A stretch of DNA of 64,000 nucleotides from Nitrospirota bacterium. Its GTDB lineage: Bacteria; Nitrospirota; Nitrospiria; JACQBZ01. The position numbers and the translations under genes were made by a program. The stretch spans positions 3,551-67,550 of the forward strand of contig JACQCA010000025.1 in the NCBI GenBank assembly GCA_016201865.1. The letters are read 5' to 3'. The notes beneath the pieces are model-generated. The model did not search any database and was not told the DNA's origin. It was given only the letters and a program-made list of their open reading frames with translations. Shown one piece after another: positions 39,884 through 48,321 of this stretch. Numbering within the stretch: position 1 is the stretch's first letter; each line of letters starts with the position of its first letter.

Positions 39884-40054
39884 GATGTAAGAACCAGGGC
39901 GGATCACGGGTTTCCTTTTCTCCATCCGGCGGATGTGACCGTCTGAAAAAATCAAAAACGGCAGGAATGGCTCGACTGAGCGACTCGACCGAGTTCGTCG
40001 AGGGCTCGCCGAAGTCGGCCCGCGCCGGAAGAATAATGGATGGGATTATACCGG
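39884..40054 (-). repeat. Copy A of a ~125-nt conserved element (plus a 46-bp palindromic insertion), between the DUF2283 gene and low-GC cargo. Contains a TATAAT box, the palindrome CATCCG-C-CGGATG and a sORF start MEKRKPVI
   Basis: ~85% identical to 45632-45750 over ~125 nt when read on the minus strand. Identity stops exactly at the low-GC boundary. Confidence 0.5.
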
Positions 40055-40107
40055 TTTAAGCGGGAGAGGTCAATGTTCTCGTAGAGGGAGTTCGAAGGGC
40101 GGAGCGG

Positions 40108-40350
40108 CTATTTCTTCATCAAGTCAACTTCCGCGCTCGTACCGGTCGCAACATTCTCCACAATCAATTTGCCGGCTTCCCGACCGCGCAATTGTTCGTT
40201 GGCGTCCAGCAGCTCGATGCCGTACACCGTCCCATCCGGAGCCAGGTCGACATTCAGTGATTCACTTACATGGACCGTCTCCACCTGGGCCGTTTTCTCT
40301 TGCAGGCGAAGATAAGCAATGTTGTGTTTTGGATCATAGGTCAACTTCAT
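40108..40350 (-). CDS. DUF2283-family protein (putative antitoxin-like partner of DUF4258)
   Basis: MKLTYDPKHNIAYLRL... 80 aa. Confidence 0.7.
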   Translation of the reverse strand: MKLTYDPKHNIAYLRLQEKTAQVETVHVSESLNVDLAPDGTVYGIELLDANEQLRGREAGKLIVENVATGTSAEVDLMKK

Positions 40351-40360
40351 GATGGCCCTC

Positions 40361-40612
40361 CTAAAAGAATCGGGCGATAAATGTAATCGCCAGCCAGTCT
40401 TTTCCTTCTCTTACCGCGTATACTTCCACCTGCTTGGTTGCATAAACCTTTCCCCTCCAGATTTTGCCGAAAGGGAAATTTCTTCTGAAACCCGTTCTCC
40501 CATACTTGGCCGGGAAGGTTTCGCCCGTTTCTACGGCAGTAATGACTTCCGCTTCGGTCGCCCCTCTTTCATTCAGCCGTTCGACCGCGTGCGGATGCAG
40601 CCTGACACTCAT
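40361..40612 (-). CDS. DUF4258-family protein (putative toxin-like)
   Basis: HPHAVERLNERGATEAEV... 83 aa. Immediately upstream of the DUF2283 gene. Confidence 0.7.
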   Translation of the reverse strand: MSVRLHPHAVERLNERGATEAEVITAVETGETFPAKYGRTGFRRNFPFGKIWRGKVYATKQVEVYAVREGKDWLAITFIARFF

Positions 40613-40756
40613 CCACGTTCACCACGACGTTATCATAGAAGGAGTGTTGTTTAAAGAAACCCCTTAAATCGGGATTCATTATCCGAACGGATCTTACGAT
40701 ACCGGAATTTTACCGAGAAGGCAAGCGAACAAAGGAAGCGGATGGAGCCGGCAGTT

Positions 40757-40785
40757 TTGACTCCGGAAGCATCCGATGGTATGAT
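40757..40785 (+). promoter_or_regulatory. Sigma70-type promoter TTGACT-17nt-TATGAT upstream of the dus gene
   Basis: TTGACT 40757-40762, TATGAT 40780-40785. dus ATG at 40828 with GAGGAA. Confidence 0.5.
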
Positions 40786-40827
40786 GATCCGCTCAAACAC
40801 AACCTGTCACGAGGAAACGGACGTTTC

Positions 40828-41985
40828 ATGGACGAAAACTCCTTTTGGAATAATCTCTCCCGGCCGATCGTCGGCCTCGCCCCGATGGACGGCGTGACAG
40901 ATGCCGCGTTTCGCGCCATCACGGCCCGGCATGGAGGCCCCGATCTCAGTTTCACGGAATTTGTATCGATCGACCGGATCGTATCGGGCTATGATCCGGA
41001 TCTGGCCGAGCTCCGTTACAGCGAAATCGAGCGGCCGGTGATCGCGCAGGTTTTCGGGACGGACCCCGAGGCCTTTTATCGCACCGCGCATCTCATCTGC
41101 GAGTTGGGCTTTGACGGGATCGACATCAACATGGGCTGCCCGTCAAAAACCATCGCACGCGCCGGGGCCGGAGCCGGATTGATACGCACGCCCGAGCGCG
41201 CGAGAGAGATTCTCCGGCGGGCACAGCAGGGAATACGGGACTGGGCCGCCGGTCAGGCGATCGACCGGATCGGCCTTCCGGCCACCGTTCCGGAGGACGT
41301 CCGGCGCGCGAAAGCCCTCTGGTTCGGAAGCGCCGTTGATCCGGTCGTGAACGCCCCACGACAAACGATCCCCGTCTCGGTCAAGACGCGCCTGGGATAT
41401 GGCCGGATCGTCATTGACGACTGGATTCCCTCCCTTCTTTCAGAATCTCCGGCCGCGATTACGCTCCACGGTCGAACGCTGACCCAGAATTATGCCGTCG
41501 AGGCCGACTGGGAGGCGATCGCGCGCGCGGCCGAGATCGTTCGGGGTTCCCGCACGCTGATCCTGGGCAACGGCGATATACGATCCACCGCGACGGCCGT
41601 CCGCCGGATTCGCGAGACCGGCGTCCACGGTGTTTTGGTCGGCCGTGCCGCGATGGGAAATCCCTGGATCTTTACCGCCTGTGATTCGATACGAACCGCC
41701 GTTCAGACCGGAGAGGCCCCGATGACTCCATCGGTTTCGCACAGCGAGAAATTGGCCGTGGCATTGGAGCATGCCGGGCTGTTCGACCGAATTCGCGGAG
41801 AAGTTTCGTTTCGAGTCGCACGTAAATTCCTTTCCGCTTACTGCCGCGGTTTTGAAAACGCGTCCGAGCTGCGTCAACGCCTCGTCCGGGTCGATACGCT
41901 CCGGGAATTGGAGGCGATCCTCCAACCCGCGGCCACCTTCGTGGCCATCCCTGCACCCACGACTGTGGGTGTCGTATGCGCCTGA
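40828..41985 (+). CDS. tRNA-dihydrouridine synthase (Dus family)
   Basis: VGLAPMDGVTDAAFR...GIDINMGCP... TIM-barrel Dus motifs. 385 aa. Confidence 0.9.
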   Translation: MDENSFWNNLSRPIVGLAPMDGVTDAAFRAITARHGGPDLSFTEFVSIDRIVSGYDPDLAELRYSEIERPVIAQVFGTDPEAFYRTAHLICELGFDGIDINMGCPSKTIARAGAGAGLIRTPERAREILRRAQQGIRDWAAGQAIDRIGLPATVPEDVRRAKALWFGSAVDPVVNAPRQTIPVSVKTRLGYGRIVIDDWIPSLLSESPAAITLHGRTLTQNYAVEADWEAIARAAEIVRGSRTLILGNGDIRSTATAVRRIRETGVHGVLVGRAAMGNPWIFTACDSIRTAVQTGEAPMTPSVSHSEKLAVALEHAGLFDRIRGEVSFRVARKFLSAYCRGFENASELRQRLVRVDTLRELEAILQPAATFVAIPAPTTVGVVCA

Positions 41986-42599
41986 TCCTCGCATCAACCT
42001 CCCCGCGCCGGAAAGAAATCTTGTCGCTGCTCGGCCTCCCCTTCGAGCTTGTATCGCCCGGCCTGGAGGAAATATTCCGGCCCGGCCGGTTCCCCGCGGA
42101 TGAAGCGGTTTACTGGGCGATTGAAAAAACCCGCGCGGTGAATCGCCTCTATTTGGACGCGATCGTGATCGGGTCCGATACGGTGATTGACCTGGATGGC
42201 AAATCGATCGGTAAACCGGTTGATCAGGACGACGCCGTACGGATTTTATCCCTTCTGGTCGGCCGGACTCATACGGTCGTTACGGCCGTCGCGGCGGTCG
42301 TCAGAGGTGGAAAGGAATCTATTGCAGTCGAAAAGACGAAAGTGCGGATGCTTCCGGCTTCCAGGGAGATTCTCGTACAATATGCCGCGACCGGCGAGCC
42401 ACTGGACAAAGCCGGCGCCTACTTGCTTCAAGGAGAAGGACGGAAGCTGATCGAATCGCTCAAAGGCGACTATCTTTCCGCAGTCGGTCTTCCCCTGCGC
42501 GCCCTGGCCGGGTTATTGCGAGAGGCCGGAATACGGACCAAGGTGGATGTCGAATTGATCTATCGCCAACGCAACATTATGAACTGGCGGAGTTATTAG
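41976..42599 (+). CDS. maf: Maf-like nucleoside triphosphate pyrophosphatase / septum formation protein
   Basis: MRLILASTSPRRKEILSLLGLPFE... 207 aa. Confidence 0.9.
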   Translation: MRLILASTSPRRKEILSLLGLPFELVSPGLEEIFRPGRFPADEAVYWAIEKTRAVNRLYLDAIVIGSDTVIDLDGKSIGKPVDQDDAVRILSLLVGRTHTVVTAVAAVVRGGKESIAVEKTKVRMLPASREILVQYAATGEPLDKAGAYLLQGEGRKLIESLKGDYLSAVGLPLRALAGLLREAGIRTKVDVELIYRQRNIMNWRSY

Positions 42600-42618
42600 G
42601 ATTATGCCGATCCATGAT

Positions 42619-42810
42619 TCAGAGACCGCCCCGACGAAAAGCATCCCGAACCTGTCGGGCATCCGCAGACAACGCAGCAAAAAGAAATCGGTTTGCCTCT
42701 TCCAACCACGTCAGGCGGGTCGCAATGGACCACTGCATATATTTTAAGATGGCCTCATCGGTAAGATGATAATGGTAGCCGTTTGAAGGCGGCCGTGTTT
42801 CATCTGTCAT
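42619..42810 (-). CDS. Small hypothetical protein, downstream partner of the nucleotidyltransferase-like gene
   Basis: Start set at MTDETRPPSNGYHYHL... Confidence 0.35.
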   Translation of the reverse strand: MTDETRPPSNGYHYHLTDEAILKYMQWSIATRLTWLEEANRFLFAALSADARQVRDAFRRGGL

Positions 42811-43312
42811 CTTCCTGGCCTCTCTTTCGAAACTGCTTGATGCGCTCCAGAGTTTCGATATCATCCAAGTCCTGCTGCCGTCCGGCCGCGCGCTTCATGG
42901 CGATCAGGTGATCGATCGAGATGACAGGAACCCTCACAGACTCAACAGTCAATACCGTTTTATTCCGATCAGCCTCCTCGAATGGAATCGGGCTTTCCAA
43001 AAGAAGATCGACTTCCTGATATTGGATCTTAGGATGAATAAAGGTGAAGGCCACCAAGCCCTTCGTCTTTTTCCAGTCTTCCCTCACCTCGGGCGAGAGC
43101 AGATTCTTGGCATCCACCGGAAGTCGCGGTCGATAACCCAATTCCGCAAGGGTTTCCAACAAACGGGAAAGATTGCCCCGGTTCAGATCGGCCACGATGT
43201 CGAGATCGGCCGTCATACGCGGCGCGCCGTGCAGATTTATCGCAAGCGCGCCGACAACCGCATATCGAATTTTCCGTTGATCAAACGCGCGGAAGACATC
43301 AAGATAAAACAT
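42800..43312 (-). CDS. Putative minimal nucleotidyltransferase-fold protein (toxin-antitoxin-associated)
   Basis: MFYLDVFRAFDQRKIRYAVVGALAINLHGAPRMTADLDIV... (GA/GS...DxD-like NTase core). Confidence 0.5.
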   Translation of the reverse strand: MFYLDVFRAFDQRKIRYAVVGALAINLHGAPRMTADLDIVADLNRGNLSRLLETLAELGYRPRLPVDAKNLLSPEVREDWKKTKGLVAFTFIHPKIQYQEVDLLLESPIPFEEADRNKTVLTVESVRVPVISIDHLIAMKRAAGRQQDLDDIETLERIKQFRKRGQEDDR

Positions 43313-43548
43313 GCCCTTACGTTACCAAGTCCAAGTCGTTCTGTCAAATCGACACCTTGGGTCAAGCAGGCTGGCTGGTTGGGTCTGAATGATTTAGGAT
43401 TTAACTACGGCCGAGGCGATCTCTTCGTGGGCCAATGTGTCCGCTGTATACCCGATCGCGGCCTGAACATCTTCATGCGTGAGCTTTTGATTCGATCAGT
43501 AATCGTCGGCGGCTTTATTGCTCCGTTGTTCTATCCCCCGCGGCCTAC

Positions 43549-43995
43549 TCACGATAACACCAGCACCTCCAGCTCTTTGACCCGTTTCAATTTCGAGTCA
43601 TTCCCGATAAATCCCGTCGCGCGGGAATGAAGCGCGGTAGCCAGCAAAACCGCATCGGGCGTTTTCAACTCGTACTCCGCCCGCAATCGGGCCCCTAAAT
43701 CGGCCACCTCGATCGAAACGTCGACCCAATGGATATGAGGATACGTAGTCAAAAGACCGTAGAACCGATTGACGATTGGATCGTTTTGGGTTCGATAAGG
43801 CTGGACGAGAACCTCCAGAAGCGAGAGCGTGGAACAAACCGCGGCGTTTCGCCCCGCTTCAATCGATTCAAATACTCTTTGGGCGAGGGCTCCGTAGGAA
43901 ACGTGCGCTTCAATGAAATAGATCAGGAGGTTTGAATCCAGTCCGATGCGCCGATGCCGGCCCAAAAATTTCTCCAGGACTGGAACGCTCACCAC
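43549..43995 (-). CDS. vapC: PIN-domain ribonuclease (VapC toxin)
   Basis: IGLDSNLLIY...PIN acidic residues. 148 aa. Overlaps the upstream antitoxin. Confidence 0.8.
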   Translation of the reverse strand: MVSVPVLEKFLGRHRRIGLDSNLLIYFIEAHVSYGALAQRVFESIEAGRNAAVCSTLSLLEVLVQPYRTQNDPIVNRFYGLLTTYPHIHWVDVSIEVADLGARLRAEYELKTPDAVLLATALHSRATGFIGNDSKLKRVKELEVLVLS

Positions 43996-44207
43996 GACCG
44001 GCGTTCCCGTTTCAAATAATTTTTTGGATAGAGGCCCTTCCCCGAGCCCGCAAGCGTGTCGGCATACTTCCTGGGTTTCGGCATCAAGATCGTGATGTCG
44101 CCTTTGACGACCACCAGGAGCGAATCGCCTCCCCGGACCTTCATCGCCGCCCGCGCCTCCTTCGGAAGAACGATCTGATTTTTCGAAGACAGCTTCAAAT
44201 AAGCCAT
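43989..44207 (-). CDS. vapB: AbrB/MazE/SpoVT-type antitoxin (VapB)
   Basis: MAYLKLSSKNQIVLPKEARAAMKV... swapped-hairpin DNA-binding motif. Confidence 0.7.
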   Translation of the reverse strand: MAYLKLSSKNQIVLPKEARAAMKVRGGDSLLVVVKGDITILMPKPRKYADTLAGSGKGLYPKNYLKRERRSW

Positions 44208-44369
44208 GGCTCCCTCCCGTTGCACCCCATAGAATGATGCTTTACTTTACCATAAATTGTAAAGCGGCGCAAGCCGTTCAATATCACCCACCCGGCTTCC
44301 CCTTCCTTTACTGTTCTACTGATCCAATATTCCATTCTCCAGCCCCTCCCCCTCCCCGCGCGCAGGCTT

Positions 44370-44750
44370 TCACTTACCAGTGATGATTATTTTCATCGCG
44401 GCAACAAATTCTTTTCCGTCTTCCAACTTTAAAGTCTGCACCGGTTCAACGACTTCATCCTGAATGTCGTAGTCCACGATCTCCCGGATCTTCCGTGCAT
44501 TGATCAGCATCCGATGGTATTTTGGATCCATCTTTCCGGTTTTTGCAAAATGAAACCCCAAGGACGCTTCAACAGCCGAGTGTTTTCCGACCTCGATGTC
44601 CTCGGATCTCAGAAGGGCCTGAGCCGCGTAGAACATGGCGTAATAGATCTTGCTGGAGGCGTCCGAAGCAAAACCCTGCTTGATGAGTGATTCCGCGACT
44701 TCCAGTGCATGATCCGCTTTTTCAAGAAGTCGCTGAACTTCTTTGCTCAC
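44370..44750 (-). CDS. HEPN-domain protein
   Basis: 126 aa, helical HEPN fold with IREIVDYD. 4-nt overlap with the upstream MNT gene. Confidence 0.75.
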   Translation of the reverse strand: MSKEVQRLLEKADHALEVAESLIKQGFASDASSKIYYAMFYAAQALLRSEDIEVGKHSAVEASLGFHFAKTGKMDPKYHRMLINARKIREIVDYDIQDEVVEPVQTLKLEDGKEFVAAMKIIITGK

Positions 44751-45094
44751 AGGGCGACTCCCTCACGTTCTACGCTCCGATAGAATGAAAAGCCTTCCGC
44801 CAGGGCTTTGCGATACGCGTCTTCCGTAAAGACCTTGACCGAAAGAATCGGCCTGAAATCGTGGTCCCACATCACCCGGTACGCGACATCCTCAATCCGG
44901 CCCTCCAGCTCGGGCGTCTTCCGATCCACCAGGATCACAAGGTCCAGATCGGAATCCTCTCGCCCCTGCCCTCGCGCGCGGGAGCCGAAAGCAATCACCT
45001 TTCGGACATGGGCCGTCGCATCGGCCGGCAGACGCTGCTTCAATTCCAAAATCAAATCCCGATCCTGCTTGTCCATCCGAAACCTCCCGGACAT
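44747..45094 (-). CDS. Minimal nucleotidyltransferase (MNT) partner of HEPN
   Basis: VIAFGSRARGQGREDSDLDLVILVD. Confidence 0.8.
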   Translation of the reverse strand: MSGRFRMDKQDRDLILELKQRLPADATAHVRKVIAFGSRARGQGREDSDLDLVILVDRKTPELEGRIEDVAYRVMWDHDFRPILSVKVFTEDAYRKALAEGFSFYRSVEREGVAL

Positions 45095-45222
45095 CCTTCA
45101 TAGCTGCTCTTAGGATACAGCGTCGAAAGAGCGTTTGCAAGCCGTATCGGCTTCCATCCCCCATATCCGCGCGCATTCTTTACCAACTCGAAGGCCCTAT
45201 TGTTTATCTTGAAGTTCCAATC

Positions 45223-45573
45223 TTAGAAATCTGATGCAGTCATAGCTAAATACAACGCCCAAGAGATTATAATTCCCAAAATTTGCCAAGGTATCACGGT
45301 ATATTCCCTTCTTACACCAAGCCATATAGCACATACTAATGCCAAGATAACAGGAACAGCAAAAGATAGATTTACACTGAAAACCTTAAACATTATGACG
45401 GCCATCGCCGCATAAAATATTCCGTCAATAATCTCCATCATTGATTGTGGTAATTTCTTCCACGATTCGCCAACGATAAGCTCCAGAACAAAATAAAACA
45501 GTAGACTTATTAAACCGCCTACCGCTATAGGCGCACCAAAAATCAACAAGGTATAAACTATAACTTCTTTCAA
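45223..45573 (-). CDS. Low-GC 4-TM membrane protein (hypothetical), TTG start
   Basis: Four hydrophobic helices. GGTGGA RBS. Directly preceded by repeat copy B. Confidence 0.5.
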   Translation of the reverse strand: MKEVIVYTLLIFGAPIAVGGLISLLFYFVLELIVGESWKKLPQSMMEIIDGIFYAAMAVIMFKVFSVNLSFAVPVILALVCAIWLGVRREYTVIPWQILGIIISWALYLAMTASDF

Positions 45574-45631
45574 TCGTCCACCATTATCTCAAAAAATGGG
45601 ACTGCTTTATTTCTTGGCATGCGTTATAAGA

Positions 45632-45750
45632 GATGTACGAACCAGCGCAGATCACGGGGTTCCTTTTCTCCATCCGGCGGATGTGACCGCGTGAAAAAAT
45701 TAAAGACGGCAGGAACGGCCCGCGCCGGAGGAATGATGGGAGGATGATAC
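45632..45750 (-). repeat. Copy B of the ~125-nt conserved element. Abuts the stop codon of a DUF2283 gene and the 5' side of low-GC cargo
   Basis: Aligns with 39884-40054 (minus the 46-bp palindromic insert). TATCAT box, CATCCG-C-CGGATG, sORF start MEKRNPVI. Confidence 0.5.
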
Positions 45751-45752
45751 CC

Positions 45753-45956
45753 TTATGTCAGCGCGACTTCAAGAGGCTTCTTGCTCAACTTGCTGACCCT
45801 GAGCACGGAAAAACCCAGAACGTTCCCGGCCTGATCTACTTTTTCCATCACCTGATCATTCTCCGTCTCACGAAAATACCCTTCTTTCTGATCAAAAATC
45901 ACCTCGAGGTAATCGTCTTCCGGGTCATACCAGAGTTTTACGATTTTCTTGGCCAA
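45753..45956 (-). CDS. DUF2283-family protein (orphan, no DUF4258 partner)
   Basis: KLWYDPEDDYLEVIF... 67 aa. Confidence 0.65.
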   Translation of the reverse strand: MAKKIVKLWYDPEDDYLEVIFDQKEGYFRETENDQVMEKVDQAGNVLGFSVLRVSKLSKKPLEVALT

Positions 45957-45978
45957 ATCAGATCTCCCTCTGGGAGGG

Positions 45979-47592
45979 TTATTGTTTCGCCGCCGCGGCG
46001 GGCATGATTTCGGCGCGGCGGACGTAATCGGGAAGGATGATCGGTGCGATCCGTTTCGGCTTGATTCCGTTCTTCTCCAGTTCCTTCTGGAACCGGGTCA
46101 CATGGGACAGCGTCAGCTTTCCGGCTGGAACCGATTTCGCACGCTGGGCGGCCGCGGCGCCCGCCCGCTTTCCGAAAACGATTAAATCCAGAAGCGAATT
46201 TCCCATCAAGCGGTTCCGGCCGTGCAGCCCGCCGGATGCTTCTCCGGCGACGAACAGCCCCTGGGTCTGGGACTGCCCGTCCGTATCAATCGCCACGCCG
46301 CCGTTCTGGTAATGAAGCGTAGGATAGATCAGCACCGGCTCTTTTCGAATATCAATCCCGTACCGCTCAAACTGCCGGACCATCGCCGGGAAGCGCTTTG
46401 TGATGTTTCCCTCGCCCAATAGTAGATCGATCATCGGAATGTCGAGCCAGACCCCGACCCGTCCGGCCGGCGTCTTCACACCCCGGCCCTCGGCGCATTC
46501 ACGTATGATCGACGCGGCCACGACGTCGCGTGTATCGAGTTCGTTAACGAACCGCTTGCCGTTCCGGTTGACGAGATGTCCGCCGTCGGAGCGGATGCCT
46601 TCGGTCACGAGCGCGCCGGCCAGCTGTTCCGGAAAAACGGCCCCGGTGGGATGGTACTGAAAGGTGTCGGCATGGGCCAGCTTCGCGCCGGTGCGATAGG
46701 CCAGAACCAGCGCGTCGCCGGTCGCGCCATAGTGATTGCTCGTGGGAAAACCCTCGATATGAAGCCGTCCGGAGCCGCCCGTCGCCAGGATGACCGACTT
46801 GGCTTCGACCACGATGAACTGGTCGTTGTCCATATTTTTGAGCACCGCGCCGGAGCATCGCCCGTCCGGATCGGTCAGCAGCTCCACCACGGGTGAGAAC
46901 TCCAGGATCGGGATCCGTTGGTTTAAGACCTCGTCCTTAAGCACACGCATGATCTCAAGGCCGGTATAATCGCTGCAGGTGAGAAGCCGCGGCTTTGTGC
47001 TACCGCCGCCTTTCTTCGTCTTGAGGTTTCCGCTCTCGTCCCGGTCGAACAGAACCCCGAGCCCGATCAGCCACTGCGCGGCCTTCGGGCCCTCTTCCAC
47101 CAGGACCTTGAGAAGCTTTGGATCGTTCTTGAGATGTCCGCCTCGAAGCGTGTCGAAGAAATGGGTCACGGGCGAATCATCCTCGGTGATCGCGACCTGC
47201 ATCCCGCCCTGGGCCATGACCGTATTGGAATCGCCCATTCGCAGCTTGGTCACGAGCAGAACGTCCGCTCCAAGCGCCTTGGCCGTCAGCGCGGCCGTCG
47301 CCCCCGCCCCGCCCCCGCCGACCACCAGCACATCCACACGGTACTGCGGCGTAAGATCGAGATCTGCCGGAACGGGACTGTCCGATTCCAGAAGCTCGGC
47401 CACCTCCCGCACGGTTCGTTCGCCCGCGTTGGGACCGGTCTGGATTTTGTGATACTCTTCTTTTTTATAATCGGGATGGAATGCGCGGACCAGCCGGTCC
47501 CGTTCCTCCGGCGACTGGATCGGAACGGTCTGCTTGCGACGTTCGTCGCGTTCGTGGATGACCTTGCTTTTTGATTCGGCGATGACGTCCAT
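45979..47592 (-). CDS. FAD-dependent fumarate reductase/succinate dehydrogenase flavoprotein-like protein with a ~95-aa N-terminal extension
   Basis: VDVLVVGGGGAGATAAL (Rossmann). His/Arg capping-domain motifs (HYQNGG..., FVAGEASGGLHGRNRLMGNSLLD). Confidence 0.8.
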   Translation of the reverse strand: MDVIAESKSKVIHERDERRKQTVPIQSPEERDRLVRAFHPDYKKEEYHKIQTGPNAGERTVREVAELLESDSPVPADLDLTPQYRVDVLVVGGGGAGATAALTAKALGADVLLVTKLRMGDSNTVMAQGGMQVAITEDDSPVTHFFDTLRGGHLKNDPKLLKVLVEEGPKAAQWLIGLGVLFDRDESGNLKTKKGGGSTKPRLLTCSDYTGLEIMRVLKDEVLNQRIPILEFSPVVELLTDPDGRCSGAVLKNMDNDQFIVVEAKSVILATGGSGRLHIEGFPTSNHYGATGDALVLAYRTGAKLAHADTFQYHPTGAVFPEQLAGALVTEGIRSDGGHLVNRNGKRFVNELDTRDVVAASIIRECAEGRGVKTPAGRVGVWLDIPMIDLLLGEGNITKRFPAMVRQFERYGIDIRKEPVLIYPTLHYQNGGVAIDTDGQSQTQGLFVAGEASGGLHGRNRLMGNSLLDLIVFGKRAGAAAAQRAKSVPAGKLTLSHVTRFQKELEKNGIKPKRIAPIILPDYVRRAEIMPAAAAKQ

Positions 47593-47604
47593 AGGCGAGC
47601 TTTC

Positions 47605-48312
47605 CTATTTAGACGGTTGCCCGGCGGCTTTTAATTCCTCTTCGCTCATAGAGAGGATCTTTTTCCATTCATCCGTGTATTTGCCGGACCGGATCTCGTC
47701 AACCCGGCGGGTGAGATTCTGCGGCGGCGCCGTCAGACGGGCCCCGTGCGCGCGGCTGGCGTAAAGCGCGACATGGTTCGGGGCGATGTCGGCGATGCAG
47801 ACCGGAATGCACTGGCCGCACATCACGCAGTCCATGAACATCTCCGAGACCTTCTGAAAATCGCCGAAGACCGCCTTCCAGACGCCGTCCCGCACGTCGA
47901 TCCCCTGCGGACAGGCCTCGGTGCAGGCGTTGCAGTTCCGGCAGAGCGAGGCTTCGGGATAGATCTTGAACAGCTCCTGTTTCGGATCGGAAATCTGATC
48001 CAGATCGTAGATCGACTTGCGGTTCGGGTAATAGGAGAAATTCAGAAAGAAGGACATCCCGTCCTCGACCAGCATCTGGCAGGCCAGCGTGTTTCGAAGA
48101 CGGACGTCGTCCTTCGTCCGGTACGTGGCGGCGCAGGCCCCGCAGAAGCCGCCGAGACATCCCGCGCCGCGAACAACCTCATGCCCGGTATACCACATCG
48201 CCCGCAGCATTGTAAGCCCGTCGGGCACGGAATACGGCCGGCCCATGATCTCGACCGTGATCATCCGGCTCTGTGCGCCGATCGTACTCTCGTGAACGCG
48301 TTCAGTCATCAT
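47605..48312 (-). CDS. SdhB/FrdB-like iron-sulfur subunit (2Fe-2S plus two Cx2Cx2Cx3C clusters)
   Basis: CLGGFCGAC; CRNCNACTEACP; CVMCGQCIPVC. Confidence 0.8.
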   Translation of the reverse strand: MMTERVHESTIGAQSRMITVEIMGRPYSVPDGLTMLRAMWYTGHEVVRGAGCLGGFCGACAATYRTKDDVRLRNTLACQMLVEDGMSFFLNFSYYPNRKSIYDLDQISDPKQELFKIYPEASLCRNCNACTEACPQGIDVRDGVWKAVFGDFQKVSEMFMDCVMCGQCIPVCIADIAPNHVALYASRAHGARLTAPPQNLTRRVDEIRSGKYTDEWKKILSMSEEELKAAGQPSK

Positions 48313-48321
48313 TCCTTCCGA

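Noticed and set aside
43385-43470. DUF433-like C-terminal peptide on the minus strand between the NTase-like gene and vapC
   Set aside because: Only ~30 codons after an in-frame TGA with no start codon. Treated as a decayed remnant rather than a gene.
42908-43630. 240-aa plus-strand ORF across the nucleotidyltransferase-like/VapC region
   Set aside because: No start context and an implausible product. The minus-strand genes explain the region.
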